Positions 1 to 9,338 of a stretch of DNA of 32,000 nt are shown in pieces. Made by a program: the position numbers and the translations under genes. Source of the DNA: Candidatus Saccharimonadota bacterium. GTDB lineage: Bacteria > Patescibacteriota > Gracilibacteria > BD1-5 > UBA2023. Each line of letters opens with the position of its first letter. The stretch's first letter is position 1. The stretch lies in NCBI GenBank assembly GCA_046350815.1, contig JAXLZO010000001.1:990001-1022000 (forward strand), read 5' to 3'. The notes beneath the pieces are model-generated. The model worked only from the letters and a program-made list of their open reading frames with translations, was not told the DNA's origin and made no database searches.

Positions 1-621
1 CATATTTTTGGAAATAAACCCTGCTCAGAGTTCTTCCGTAAGCTTCTTGGTTATATAAGTCTTTCCTGTTCCTGGAGGACCATAGAAGAGAAGTCCTGTC
101 GGGATCGATACCTTGAATTTCTCATAGAGCGAGAAGAGATCTTGGTAGAGCTTCGTATTTTTTTCATCCATTTTCAATGAGTCCTCCTTTTCTTCATCTG
201 ACTTCTCCGAGCCTTGCTTCTCGATCGCACGCATACGAAAAGCAAATTGAAGTGGACGCACAAAACTCTCGGTGAGCTCCTTTTTGAGGTCATCCATGCC
301 AGCAATTCATGCAAATCACCATGTCTGTGGATTGTCTTTCTTAAAGTGTTTCACCTCAATAGGCAAAGACGGCGTATCATCCTTTTTTTGTGATGATGAT
401 TGTGTCGTAGTGTCGATAGGATTTTTAGGGATTTGAAGCTCTGAAAAAGTATCATGGAGATGTTTGTTCGTTTCTTTGAGAGCCTTTTCAGCGGTTGTCA
501 TAGCTTCTTCGAGCGATTCAAGAGATGATTGTTTCAAATCTCCATTCGCTATTTTTGCAAATTCTGGAGAGCTCGTCACTGCATTGAAGAATGCATCAAA
601 TCATGGTTGTGGAGTGGACAT
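1..621 (-). CDS. AAA+ ATPase, partial (C-terminal part runs off the left edge)
   Basis: Track ORFs 25..297 and 316..579 share one frame. They are joined by in-frame TGA codons at 25-27, 307-309, 316-318 and 601-603, with no TAA/TAG. Walker A motif GPPGTGKT is present. ATG at 621-619 lies 9 nt after the TAA of the upstream ORF. Confidence 0.75.
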
Positions 622-630
622 AGTTGGTAT

Positions 631-951
631 TTAGATGCTATTCTCTACTTTTTGTGCTGATTGCAAGTGGAGATTAAAGTTTTTTTCGAGAAGATCTATG
701 ACTTCAGCGTTTTCACTACTCTTTTGCGAGAGAGATTGATGAATCTGATGGATTTCTTGCTGATAATTTTGAAGGTCTTTTGTATGAGATTGAATCCAAT
801 CTGTAAGAATAGATTGGAAATGCGATAAATTCGATTTCATGTCACGATCTTCATTTTGAAGCATATCCTGAAGAGGATAATTTTGATTATTCTGAAGACA
901 AAAGAAGAAGGATTTTTTATGGAGAAGATTGATGATGTGAGAAAAACTCAT
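631..951 (-). CDS. hypothetical protein, Gln/Leu-rich, probably coiled coil
   Basis: Track ORF 631..972 ends in TAA. The track start is TTG, so I prefer the in-frame ATG at 951-949. It sits directly upstream of the AAA+ ATPase gene on the same strand. Confidence 0.5.
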   Translation of the reverse strand: MSFSHIINLLHKKSFFFCLQNNQNYPLQDMLQNEDRDMKSNLSHFQSILTDWIQSHTKDLQNYQQEIHQIHQSLSQKSSENAEVIDLLEKNFNLHLQSAQKVENSI

Positions 952-1009
952 ATATGCATCTTTCCATAGCAATGTTATGCTTTGTATCTGATAAGCTATT
1001 TCTGCGATA

Positions 1010-1615
1010 TTACGTAATTAAAATCTTGTGTGATATTGTACAGGATTTTCTCAAAAAAAGCAAAATACACATACATTTGCACACAAAAAAGAGCCCGAGG
1101 GCTCAGTTAGGATATAATCATTTGAATCGCATGTAAGTACCATGCCACTCAAGATGATCACGAATCTTTTGCATCTTTTGCAACGAAACGGATTCACCGT
1201 TAATTGCAAAAAATACAGGAAGTAACGGGTTATATTTTATGACAGCCGTGTACTGTTCAAGCATGTCATCCAAAGCTTGAACAGCAGCATGACAGAAGTT
1301 ATCAGAGCGGTGCAAGATCTGATGCCAGCGCGCCCACGACGTATCATGCAGACGTTCATCAATCACAATCACCGTATCAGCCATAATCAGCTTGATGCGA
1401 AAATAGCTGTGACTCATAAGAGACGTGTAGAGTTTAAACTCAGCATATTCCGCAAAGCGTAATGTAGTTGCATTTGGCAGATGTTCTGTCGTAAAACGTT
1501 CACGACCGCCATCAAGAAACCGACGATAGAATGCATTTTTCACCCTTTCCTGCAAGGAAATCTTTGCAGGTTTTTTGCCAATGTGTGGCAAATATTGGTT
1601 AATACTCGAAGTCAT
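1010..1615 (-). CDS. hypothetical protein (closes at TGA 1118-1120 under the standard code, at TAA 1010-1012 under code 25)
   Basis: Track ORF 1118..1615 is 165 aa with no internal TGA. ATG 1615-1613 is preceded by AGGAGG (reverse complement of 1624-1629) with an 8-nt spacer. Local GC is clearly higher than in the neighbours (47-53% in two 60-nt lines counted). Read as code 25, it continues 36 codons through the terminator hairpin. Confidence 0.6.
1085..1104 (-). terminator. rho-independent terminator (minus strand)
   Basis: GAGCC-cgag-GGCTC hairpin at 1091-1104. On the minus strand it is followed by TTTTTT (plus-strand A-run 1085-1090). It lies 13 nt after the TGA at 1118-1120. Confidence 0.6.
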
Positions 1616-1697
1616 AAAGACTTCCTCCTGAAATAGATATTTGTTTTTGTGGAACCGTTATTCTATGGAAAAATGAATTTTGTCAAACAAAGCATAC

Positions 1698-2594
1698 TTA
1701 GAATATTTGCTTCTCTAGATCTTTACTTATTTTTCAGATATTCACCCCGCATCTCATAAAACAGATACCTAGAAAAGAAAGTATCAATGCAAATATAAGT
1801 TTAATAAATAAATCATTTCTATTTTCTTGCATTTTTTCTTTTAGGATATCTCAAGGGGAGAACGCATACTCACTTATGTAATCAAATTTAAAATCATGCA
1901 AATCTGTATAGGGAACAATTGTATTATTAATTTGCTTTCACAAAAGATACACCATTTTTCATCAACTGGTAATATAAAATTTTGCTCTTACATCTCATTC
2001 CTTTGGATGATTTTCATTACCTTTAATTTGGATATATACAGAACGTTGATTATTTTTTGGATTATAAATTAATGGAGATGTACCATTTTTCAGAGACACA
2101 AGAAATCATGAATGGATCATAATAGTTCCTACCATTGGGTGTGAAGCAAGGAATAATATAGATGATTGCCTTCAAGTTGAATCATACGTATAAATATCAT
2201 TTGAACCCTTAAAATCTTCATTTGCTTTCCAACGAAACGTATTGCTATGATGTGAAGAAGATGAGTCTTTTGTATAGGTTTCTACTACTCTTTTCATAAC
2301 AACTCCCGTAAAAGCTACATCAAGAACAGGATCAAGAAGTTCCTGATCTCCATGAAGAACTCACGTAATATAAATAATTTTTCATTCATTTTGTGACAAC
2401 AATTGTTCGCTAGAATTCATAACAATATTTTCTCAAGCTAAATGTTCTAATCACTTTTTCTGAGAGAGATATTGTGGAACACTAAATCACACAAGAATGA
2501 GAGCAAGAATCATGCATATATATCATATCCGCGTAAGGGATCATCGTACATATGAGAAAGGAGAAAATGATTGAAAAATCGTAATTGGATTCAT
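1698..2594 (-). CDS. membrane protein, possibly TMEM43/DUF1625-like
   Basis: Invisible in the standard-code track. The frame is open from ATG 2594-2592 to TAA 1700-1698 (298 aa) with about 15 in-frame TGA and no TAA/TAG, checked triplet by triplet. Hydrophobic segments occur near the N-terminus (IGYICMILALILVGF) and C-terminus (LFIKLIFALILSFLGICF). The family call is from memory of the overall layout only. Confidence 0.6.
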
Positions 2595-2657
2595 ACAAGC
2601 AGTGCTAATATTTGAGTCAAGACTAGCACACTCTCATGTAGAAGTCAAATAACCTCA

Positions 2658-3869
2658 TTATCTAAGTTTCTCTCGATATCATTTTAATAGAATCATTTGA
2701 TTATCTATACTTTTCACCTGCATCATAAGGCGATCGCTTGCAAGACGAATAGTAGCCTTTCCTGCATCATTATTAATATTCTGAGTAGTAGTACCCGCTT
2801 CAGACAGAGTCTTTTGTAGTGTCTCTCGGTTTTTTTCTAAAAGCGCAATAATCTCATCAATTGGCCGCATCACCTGATTCCGAATCCATGACTCAAAGAG
2901 AGAAAAGTTAAAGATCTTACTGTAGGAAGATGACTCAAGCAATCGACGCAATAGAATGATACATTGAACGCTCGTATTCGCTTGAGAGCTAACATGAATC
3001 ATATTCTCATTGAGACGCCCAATAAGATCACCCATCCACTCATTTTTCTGTGCGCTTGATAAATCAGAAACAAGAGATTTACTTGAATTTTGGAGCATGT
3101 TTGATGATGACTCGATACTCAGAAAAGTTCGATTGATACGATAGAGTTGATTATTGCGGGCACGCAGTATGAATCTATTCAAAAATGAAAAACTAAGACC
3201 AAGCACCCAAGCAAATCCAACACCGATACCATACATAACGACAATAGCAATGGAAAAGAGTGTACCAAGAAGATAAGCAAATGGTAGAATCCTCACATCA
3301 ATATCAGCTGTATGAGAAAGTTTTTCAAAAATTTGTTTTATCTTGAGAAGAAGAGAATCAAAAAAAATAATTTTCTTTTTTGCAAGATGAGATTCTCCAA
3401 GAAAAGGCTCATCAAATTCATCTTCCCAAACTTTCATTTCTTTATGCGATCAAACATCCTCAAACGATACAATTTCTTGACCGAATACAAGAGCCTTATC
3501 AGTAAAAACCACATTTGCAACATGATTAAAAAGAAAAGACCGTCGAGTTGATCGGAGAATCAAAATAAGGAAAATGATTGGATAGACAAGTGCTATTGAG
3601 AGAAGTAATCCACTAAAAGCTCCTGAAGTACCACCAATAACCATACCAATTGTGGCGAAGATGCTTGAAAACACCGCCATTGGGAAAAGATATCGATCCA
3701 TTATTGAGAGATAATCTCTCTGAATCGTGATCATAAATTCAGACGGAGATATCCATTCATAGAGATGAAATCCTCGAGTTGAGATATCTGACTGTATTTC
3801 CTGAGGAATGTTTAGATTGCTAGCAAAATTATCATCCTGAGATAACTCATCGAGAGTAAGTACTGACAT
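2658..3869 (-). CDS. membrane protein (N-terminal and central hydrophobic segments, C-terminal helical region)
   Basis: Track ORFs 3450..3875 and 2679..3437 share a frame and are joined by TGA 3450-3452. TGA 2679-2681 is read through to TAA 2658-2660. ATG at 3869-3867 is preferred over the track TTG. Hydrophobic stretches include FPMAVFSSIFATIGMVIGG, LLLSIALVYPIIFLILIL and LLGTLFSIAIVVMYGIGVGFAWVLGL. Confidence 0.65.
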
Positions 3870-3923
3870 ATTCAAGGAAAACTATGAGAATCAAAGCATA
3901 TGAGTATTTGACGTATTTGTCCA

Positions 3924-3953
3924 ATTAAAATCTCGCTTTCGCGAGATTTTAAT
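3924..3953 (-). terminator. strong hairpin immediately after the TelA-like stop codon
   Basis: ATTAAAATCTCGC-tttc-GCGAGATTTTAAT is a perfect 13-bp stem. A T-rich run follows on the minus strand. Confidence 0.55.
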
Positions 3954-5098
3954 TATTGACTGAGCTCCTTGGCGAACTCTTCTTGTTCTTTCGCGCCAAG
4001 TACCTTCACACTTGCAAGCTTCACACTCGCTTCATCGAAGAGTTTTCGTTGAGCATCTGCCTCGATCTTCACCTGAGCACGATATGACTCAATGGTATCA
4101 AAGTGGTTCTTGAGCTTCGTCACATTTTCAATAAATACCGTCGAAGAGAGTACTGGCTTTGCTGAGAGCTCCTCACTTTTACGAGATGATTCGATTGCTT
4201 TATCTGTGAGCTCAGAGGACATCTTATCAATCGTCTCCCCCATCACAGAGATTGCTTTCATTGATGCATCAAGAGCTTTTTGAGAACTTGTCTCAATGAG
4301 AGCAGTCGAAAGAAGTGTCTTGAAAATAGGGCGACTTGAACTCATAGAAAGTGAGAGTTTAGCAGCGCTATCAAGACGCATGAGGAGTCTCTTGCGAGCC
4401 ATATCAAGATTCCCAATAAGCACTACGAGATTCGCTTGAAAATATTCTACATGACGAATGAACATTTCATACTTAAGTTTTTGATTCTCATCTGTCTCAG
4501 TCGATGCTCTCGTTCGGAACTCCTCGATCTTTACTGTCAAATAGTCTTTGTACGCAACAACCTTACCAAGATTTGCATCAATTCCATCAATAAATTTTTT
4601 CTGCATATCAACACTCGTATTGAGCGAACTATATGCTTGATCAAATCCTGAGAAAATTACTTGGATTTTTCCTTCGAGCGACTTGATATTGAATGATGCT
4701 TCATCCCACTTACTATCAAGTGTTTTTGCAAGAGATCCAATGAGCGGAATCGACTTAGCGATTTTCATGACCGTGCCATCATTATCGATAATCTCTTTAT
4801 AAACCGTTTGCACATCACCATTCATTTTTGCAAGCGTATCAGATACTTGCATGATCGGATCATGATCAATTATAGCTGCTGTTTCAGAGATAATAGAGTC
4901 AATTGGAGCAGTAATTTTTTCACCGAGAGAGCGAAAATCTTTAGCTTCCGCAAATGTCTTCTCCACATCAGCCTGTTCGAGTGCCGTGAGTGGACGAGAT
5001 GGTAATTCAACAATTGTTTGGGTTGATGATGTAGTTTTATCATCGGTTTGAACCTGAAAATCGGACATATCTAAAAAATAATAAGTAAGCGGTTCCAT
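3953..5098 (-). CDS. TelA-like (toxic anion resistance family) protein
   Basis: Intact 381-aa track ORF ending in TAA with no TGA at all. It is long, helical and Lys/Glu/Ser-rich, with size and layout reminiscent of TelA/YceH-type proteins. The call is from memory. The start may instead be the second ATG (MSDFQ...). Confidence 0.5.
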   Translation of the reverse strand: MEPLTYYFLDMSDFQVQTDDKTTSSTQTIVELPSRPLTALEQADVEKTFAEAKDFRSLGEKITAPIDSIISETAAIIDHDPIMQVSDTLAKMNGDVQTVYKEIIDNDGTVMKIAKSIPLIGSLAKTLDSKWDEASFNIKSLEGKIQVIFSGFDQAYSSLNTSVDMQKKFIDGIDANLGKVVAYKDYLTVKIEEFRTRASTETDENQKLKYEMFIRHVEYFQANLVVLIGNLDMARKRLLMRLDSAAKLSLSMSSSRPIFKTLLSTALIETSSQKALDASMKAISVMGETIDKMSSELTDKAIESSRKSEELSAKPVLSSTVFIENVTKLKNHFDTIESYRAQVKIEADAQRKLFDEASVKLASVKVLGAKEQEEFAKELSQ

Positions 5099-5205
5099 TC
5101 TATAACAAACAAGGAGTATTTACAAAAAAATGAATAAAGAAGATACAAAAATAAATTGACAGAAGTTTACTTATGTATTTAATAATTTTCTAAAAAGACT
5201 TCTTT

Positions 5206-5294
5206 ATGAAAAAAATCGATCAAATCTTCGATGAAATACATGACTATGTATGTGATAAAAATGCGACTGCACTCGATCCACAACAAAAAAAGAA
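5206..5294 (+). pseudogene. 5' fragment of a small membrane-protein gene split by IS insertion
   Basis: ATG 5206 gives MKKIDQIFDEIHDYVCDKNATALDPQQKK. The frame then runs into the IS and stops after GLNQLRVILTK. Removing the IS plus one copy of AAAAGAA joins it in frame to 6055..6517. Confidence 0.6.
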
Positions 5295-6047
5295 GGGTCT
5301 AAACCAGTTACGGGTTATATTGACGAAGTAACTTTAGCACTTCCTTATAAATATCTTTTCATTGAATACGACAATTATATCTGAATTCAGATTCTTTCAA
5401 AAAATAGTAGAAGTAGACTTTCTTGATTCCATTGAATTGAGAGAGTCTTCTTTTGGTATAACTCCAAAATGACTCTATTCAATTAATGTGTTGAGTTCAT
5501 CTTGCAAATTCATTTGCTCCGTGATGAACACGGTAGTGTTTCTCATATCCAATATCTACAAGCCCATCATAAGCTCACCATCCATCACTGTTAATCTCAG
5601 ACTCTTCTATACGAAGTTTTCATCGAATGATTGGCACGAGAGTCCTTGCTTTTACATCAGGAACTATCTCAGTATATACTTTTCAGTTTCTTTTGAGTAA
5701 ACCAAAGACTATTGTCTTCATACCAGCTCACCTTCCTCTCTTTCATCGGACTCTTGTTGGTCAGAAGTAACTCTCATCTATCTCAACATTTCCAGTCCAT
5801 ATTTCATTCTTTTCTCTCTCACAGAGAAAGGCTATCGCCTTTCTGATATATCTATACCAATCCTGTGTTGTTTTTGGATTGAGACCTGTTAATACCGCTG
5901 TTTTATCTGAAGTAAAATCCAGAGAAAAATATTTCACAATTTCTCTTATTTTTGCATCTCAAATTCGTGATTTTTTCCTATAGGTAGTTTTACTGATCAT
6001 AGAGCCAAGTTTATGGGATAATTTATCCTGTCAACTGGTTTAGACCC
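5295..6047 (-). mobile_element. IS1595-family insertion sequence, copy 1 (753 bp)
   Basis: Terminal inverted repeats GGGTCTAAACCAGTT (5295-5309) and AACTGGTTTAGACCC (6033-6047). Flanked by the direct repeat AAAAGAA (5288-5294 and 6048-6054). Appears base-for-base identical to 29360..30112. Confidence 0.9.
5308..6000 (-). CDS. IS1595-family (ISXO2-like DDE) transposase, 230 aa
   Basis: Code-25 translation reads MISKTTYRKKSRIGDAKIREIV...VEIDESYFGPTRVRGKRGRGAGMKTIVFGLLKRNGKVYTEIVPDV...SDGWGAYDGLVDIGYEKHYRVHHGANEFARGTQHINGIESFW. These are typical IS1595 transposase motifs. Ten in-frame TGA codons are present. Confidence 0.9.
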
Positions 6048-6517
6048 AAAAGAAAACCTTCTATATAAAAGATATACAATATCGAAGTGCAAAAAATATT
6101 GAAGATATACGTCAAAATACTCTTCTAAAAATATCAACTCTTGGTGGAGTATGATTATTATTCGATACAACTCCCACTATCGATAGTATTGCAAAAGGGA
6201 TAATTGCCACGGGATATGCCTTTTATCCATTCCTTCGAGACAAGATAACAAACGATAAAGGTATGCGAGATTTTTATACTATTCTTGGGACATGACTCAT
6301 GCTTTCATCTCTGACATATATTGCAGAAACTTCAGATATAGATGTGGGTGTGCTGACTAATTTTTTGTCATGATTCTACATTATATATTGGATCAACTCA
6401 AGTGATCAGCCAAAAAAGCGAAAACGATGATTACAAGATGAAAGCCTCAAACAAAAACTTCTTGACCTGATAAAACCACTACCAATTGCAACAAAAGCAA
6501 AGACCTCTGAGATATAA
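6048..6517 (+). pseudogene. 3' fragment of the IS-split small membrane-protein gene
   Basis: The frame starting at 6056 is open to TAA 6515-6517 with 5 TGA and no TAA/TAG. Hydrophobic segments include LGGVGLLF, IIATGYAFYPF, LGTGLMLSSLTYIA and FLSGFYIIYWI. Confidence 0.55.
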
Positions 6518-6530
6518 TTTCAGAGGTCTT
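6500..6530. terminator. bidirectional hairpin terminator between convergent genes
   Basis: AAGACCTCTGA-gatataatt-TCAGAGGTCTT is an 11-bp stem. A T-run follows on the plus strand. It lies between the stop of the plus-strand gene (in the loop) and the trxB stop at 6536-6538. Confidence 0.6.
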
Positions 6531-6535
6531 ATAGA

Positions 6536-7471
6536 TTATTTTTTCAAAATATACTCGTGAACACTATGTGCTGCGAGACATCATTCAGCGGCACTCATGA
6601 TAGTTTGTTGAAATTTATTGGAATTGGTAGTAACATCTCCAGCAGCATAAAGACCATCTATATTGGTTGCCTGTGCAGCATTAACGATAATATATCATTC
6701 ATGATCAAGATGTACTCAAAGATCTCGAACAAGACTCACATCTGGAGTTGAGCCGATCGCTACAAATATGCCATCTACTTTCAGAGTATTTCCATCCTGA
6801 AGCACGAGATGATCAACATTGAAATCACCCTCAATCGAGGCAACGCTAGTAGAATAATGAACGATAATATTTTTTGTTTCTTTGAGTTTTTCCTGCCATA
6901 TTTGCTCCGCCTTCATACTATCACCTCGAACTAATAAATGTACTTCTCGGGCAATATGCGAGAGATAAAGTGCTTCTGTGACAGCAGAATCTCAACCCCC
7001 TACCATGGCAATCACCTGGTTCTTGAAGAAATTTCCATCACATGTTGCACAATATGATACACCCATTCCTATTAATCGATCTTCACCTGAAACATCAAGC
7101 TTCTTATACTTGTTCCCAGTTGCCAATATCACGCTTTGTGTTAATTTAACTCATCCAGAAGATGTATGAATAGAAAATATATCACCCTCTTTTTCTATTT
7201 TGATAACTTCATCTATGAGAATATCAGCTCATGATACTTTCGTATGTTCCGCAAAGTGATTCATGATTTCCTTTCCAGATGCAGAAAGAGTCCCTGGATA
7301 ATTCTCCACTTGATGAGATTGTGCAAGTGCTCCACCAGGAATACCACCAATAACTAAAGTATCAAGCTTATACCGAGCAGCATACATACCAGCAGGAAGA
7401 CCAGCAGAACCAGTACCAACAACAATAACATCATAAATCTTACTAGTTTCGATCGAAGGAGTGCTATCCAT
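6536..7471 (-). CDS. trxB: thioredoxin-disulfide reductase
   Basis: 311 aa in code 25. Motifs seen: N-terminal FAD site [15 protein letters not shown], redox centre CATCDG, NADPH site GGGDSA (third Gly is TGA 6992-6994), and C-terminal GLYAAGDV. Track ORFs 7229..7471 and 6716..6916 are same-frame pieces. All gaps were checked for TAA/TAG. Confidence 0.92.
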
Positions 7472-7608
7472 AAAAAGTTTATAAAGTTGATGATTATAGA
7501 GATTTTTTTATTTTTTTCAAGAGATGAATTTTTAGCAGAGATCATAAGTTTTATGAATATTGACAGAATATATTTCTATAATAGTATGAAAAAAATAATA
7601 CCTGTGCT

Positions 7609-8391
7609 ATGACATGAAAAACTCCTGGCGAGCACAAATGAGATGAATCAAAAGTCATCGATATCACCTCACGCCTTCCCATACTTACACCTGAACAAGA
7701 GCGTAGAAAACCAGACGAATGATGACCTATAAATATCGTCCAGTTTACCAAAAAAATGATACAAGATACAATGACACCAAATGAACGAGAGGAATCAAAG
7801 AAATTGGAGAAAAAGCTGAACACACTCTATCTCAGGTTGCATGAAAACATTCAAACCTTTGATACGATCTACAATCAGCTTGGATATATACCAACTGATC
7901 TGAGCGCTTGGGAGAATAACAATCATCAGATATTCACCGAAGTAGCAAGTCTCAAAGGGTATAGGGGATGAATTTGCTCCGAGACACGCTCCATATGTGA
8001 AACAACAGGAGATTATCTCTATACCAGAGGCATTCTTCAGGCAAATTCTGATACAACACCACAGGAACGCATAAGCATACTCACCATTGAAACGTACAAA
8101 GGCATAGAGACAAAAAAAATGAAAGATAATGATATCCCTGATATCCCTGATATACGTTATAAAGGGGTCAACAAATTTACCATTACACTGACACACTACA
8201 AACAACAATCATTGAGCAAAACACGGATTCTCGTACATCTTGGACTCTATGATGAAATGGGTAACCTTCAAGAAATTCTCAATCTGACGAATATTTCGGA
8301 GAAAAAAATTATAGAACTATGCTATATGCAAGCGATTGAAACGGTGCAAGTATTGATACATCAACTCACATCATACATCAATCAAAAGTAA
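7609..8391 (+). CDS. hypothetical protein
   Basis: Track ORFs 7756..7971 and 8119..8391 share a frame and are joined through TGA 7969-7971. The frame is open back to 7585, and the first ATG is at 7609 (ATG 7756 is an alternative start). It ends in TAA and is followed by a hairpin. It contains a DIPDIPDI mini-repeat. Confidence 0.55.
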
Positions 8392-8392
8392 A

Positions 8393-8419
8393 AAAGACCC
8401 TCGCGAATGCCGGGTCTTT
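8393..8419. terminator. bidirectional hairpin terminator
   Basis: AAAGACCC-tcgcgaatgcc-GGGTCTTT, flanked by an A-run and a T-run. It lies between convergent genes ending at 8391 and 8444. Confidence 0.55.
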
Positions 8420-8443
8420 TCTATTCTTATCCTCCTTTGATAT

Positions 8444-8806
8444 TTATTCTTTATAAATTTTATCAAGTGATTGATGAGCATGATGTCGCATCAATCTACA
8501 AACCGGATTATCCACAGCAAGCGTTTGACCACTCACATCGATGCAACGGAAGTAAATCGTCGATACATCTCCCTTGAGTGGTCCATACATCGAACGAAAT
8601 TCCGGCTGATGGACACCAGTAATTATAATAAAATCATCCGTGTCGATATTGGGTATCCATACACTACACTTGCCATCACCAAGCCTGAATTTTGCGTTAA
8701 GAATCACAAGAGAATATTCACTTGTCCAATCGGGCAAATAAATAACTTGAATCACTCTAGATGAGGATTCATCGAACTCTCCAAAGAACGACGCTGAAAT
8801 TGTCAT
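8444..8806 (-). CDS. hypothetical protein, 120 aa
   Basis: Track ORF 8444..8815 begins at GTG. The in-frame ATG 8806-8804 is preceded by AAGGAG (reverse complement of 8815-8820) with an 8-nt spacer. TAA stop and no internal TGA. Confidence 0.65.
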   Translation of the reverse strand: MTISASFFGEFDESSSRVIQVIYLPDWTSEYSLVILNAKFRLGDGKCSVWIPNIDTDDFIIITGVHQPEFRSMYGPLKGDVSTIYFRCIDVSGQTLAVDNPVCRLMRHHAHQSLDKIYKE

Positions 8807-8869
8807 TTCTCTCACTCCTTCATAAATGGTTCTGATACTCTAGTCAAAAATTATCTTTGTCAATATTTT

Positions 8870-9337
8870 CTATTGCTTTTGTTCGAGTGAAGAAGCTTGA
8901 TAGCATTTTTCTGCCAATAAAAGTGGTGATGTCATGTATGGGACATTGATAATACGACCATCTGTTATAGCAAACTCAATTTGCCCCATATCTAAGATAC
9001 TATCGAGTGGCGACTTCTTTCGAGAGGTAATAGATGCAATATGATCATTATTTATTTTTTCAATTCTGTATTCAAATGGAGCACGAAATCGAACAATAGT
9101 TATGTTATTTTCATCAATTTTTAATCCAGTCAGGTAGTACGATGCGAGTTGGAGTCCAAAAAAGAGTACCACAAAAACAAGAAAGGCTATTGAAAGCATG
9201 ACCATTAATTCACTCGGAAATGATACGATACTCTCACGGGAATAAAAAAGCAAAAAAGAAACGATACTTCAAAAAAAAAGGGTTCAAACTGGAAGTACAA
9301 GAAGAATAGGATGAGAACGATAGAATAATATAGACAT
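8870..9337 (-). CDS. membrane protein with C-terminal bacterial PH-like (YdbS/DUF304-type) domain
   Basis: Track ORF 8870..9253 extends upstream through TGA 9269-9271 and 9284-9286 to ATG 9337-9335. Two hydrophobic helices are followed by a roughly 80-aa beta-rich domain. TAG stop. The family call is from memory. Confidence 0.55.
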
Positions 9338-9338
9338 A

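Noticed and set aside
5488-5700. The identical 70-aa ORF present twice (also at 29553..29765)
   Set aside because: It is the antisense shadow of the IS1595 transposase gene. Its duplication simply reflects the two IS copies.
7586-7771. Alternative 61-codon plus-strand ORF (MKKIIPVLGHEKLL...) overlapping the 5' end of 7609..8391 in another frame
   Set aside because: It is mutually exclusive with the longer frame, which continues for 260 codons to a terminator. The start of the long ORF remains uncertain.
8131-8154. Tandem GATATCCCT repeat (DIPDIPDI) as a contingency or slippage locus
   Set aside because: There are only two full units plus a partial one, in frame. That is too short to claim phase variation.
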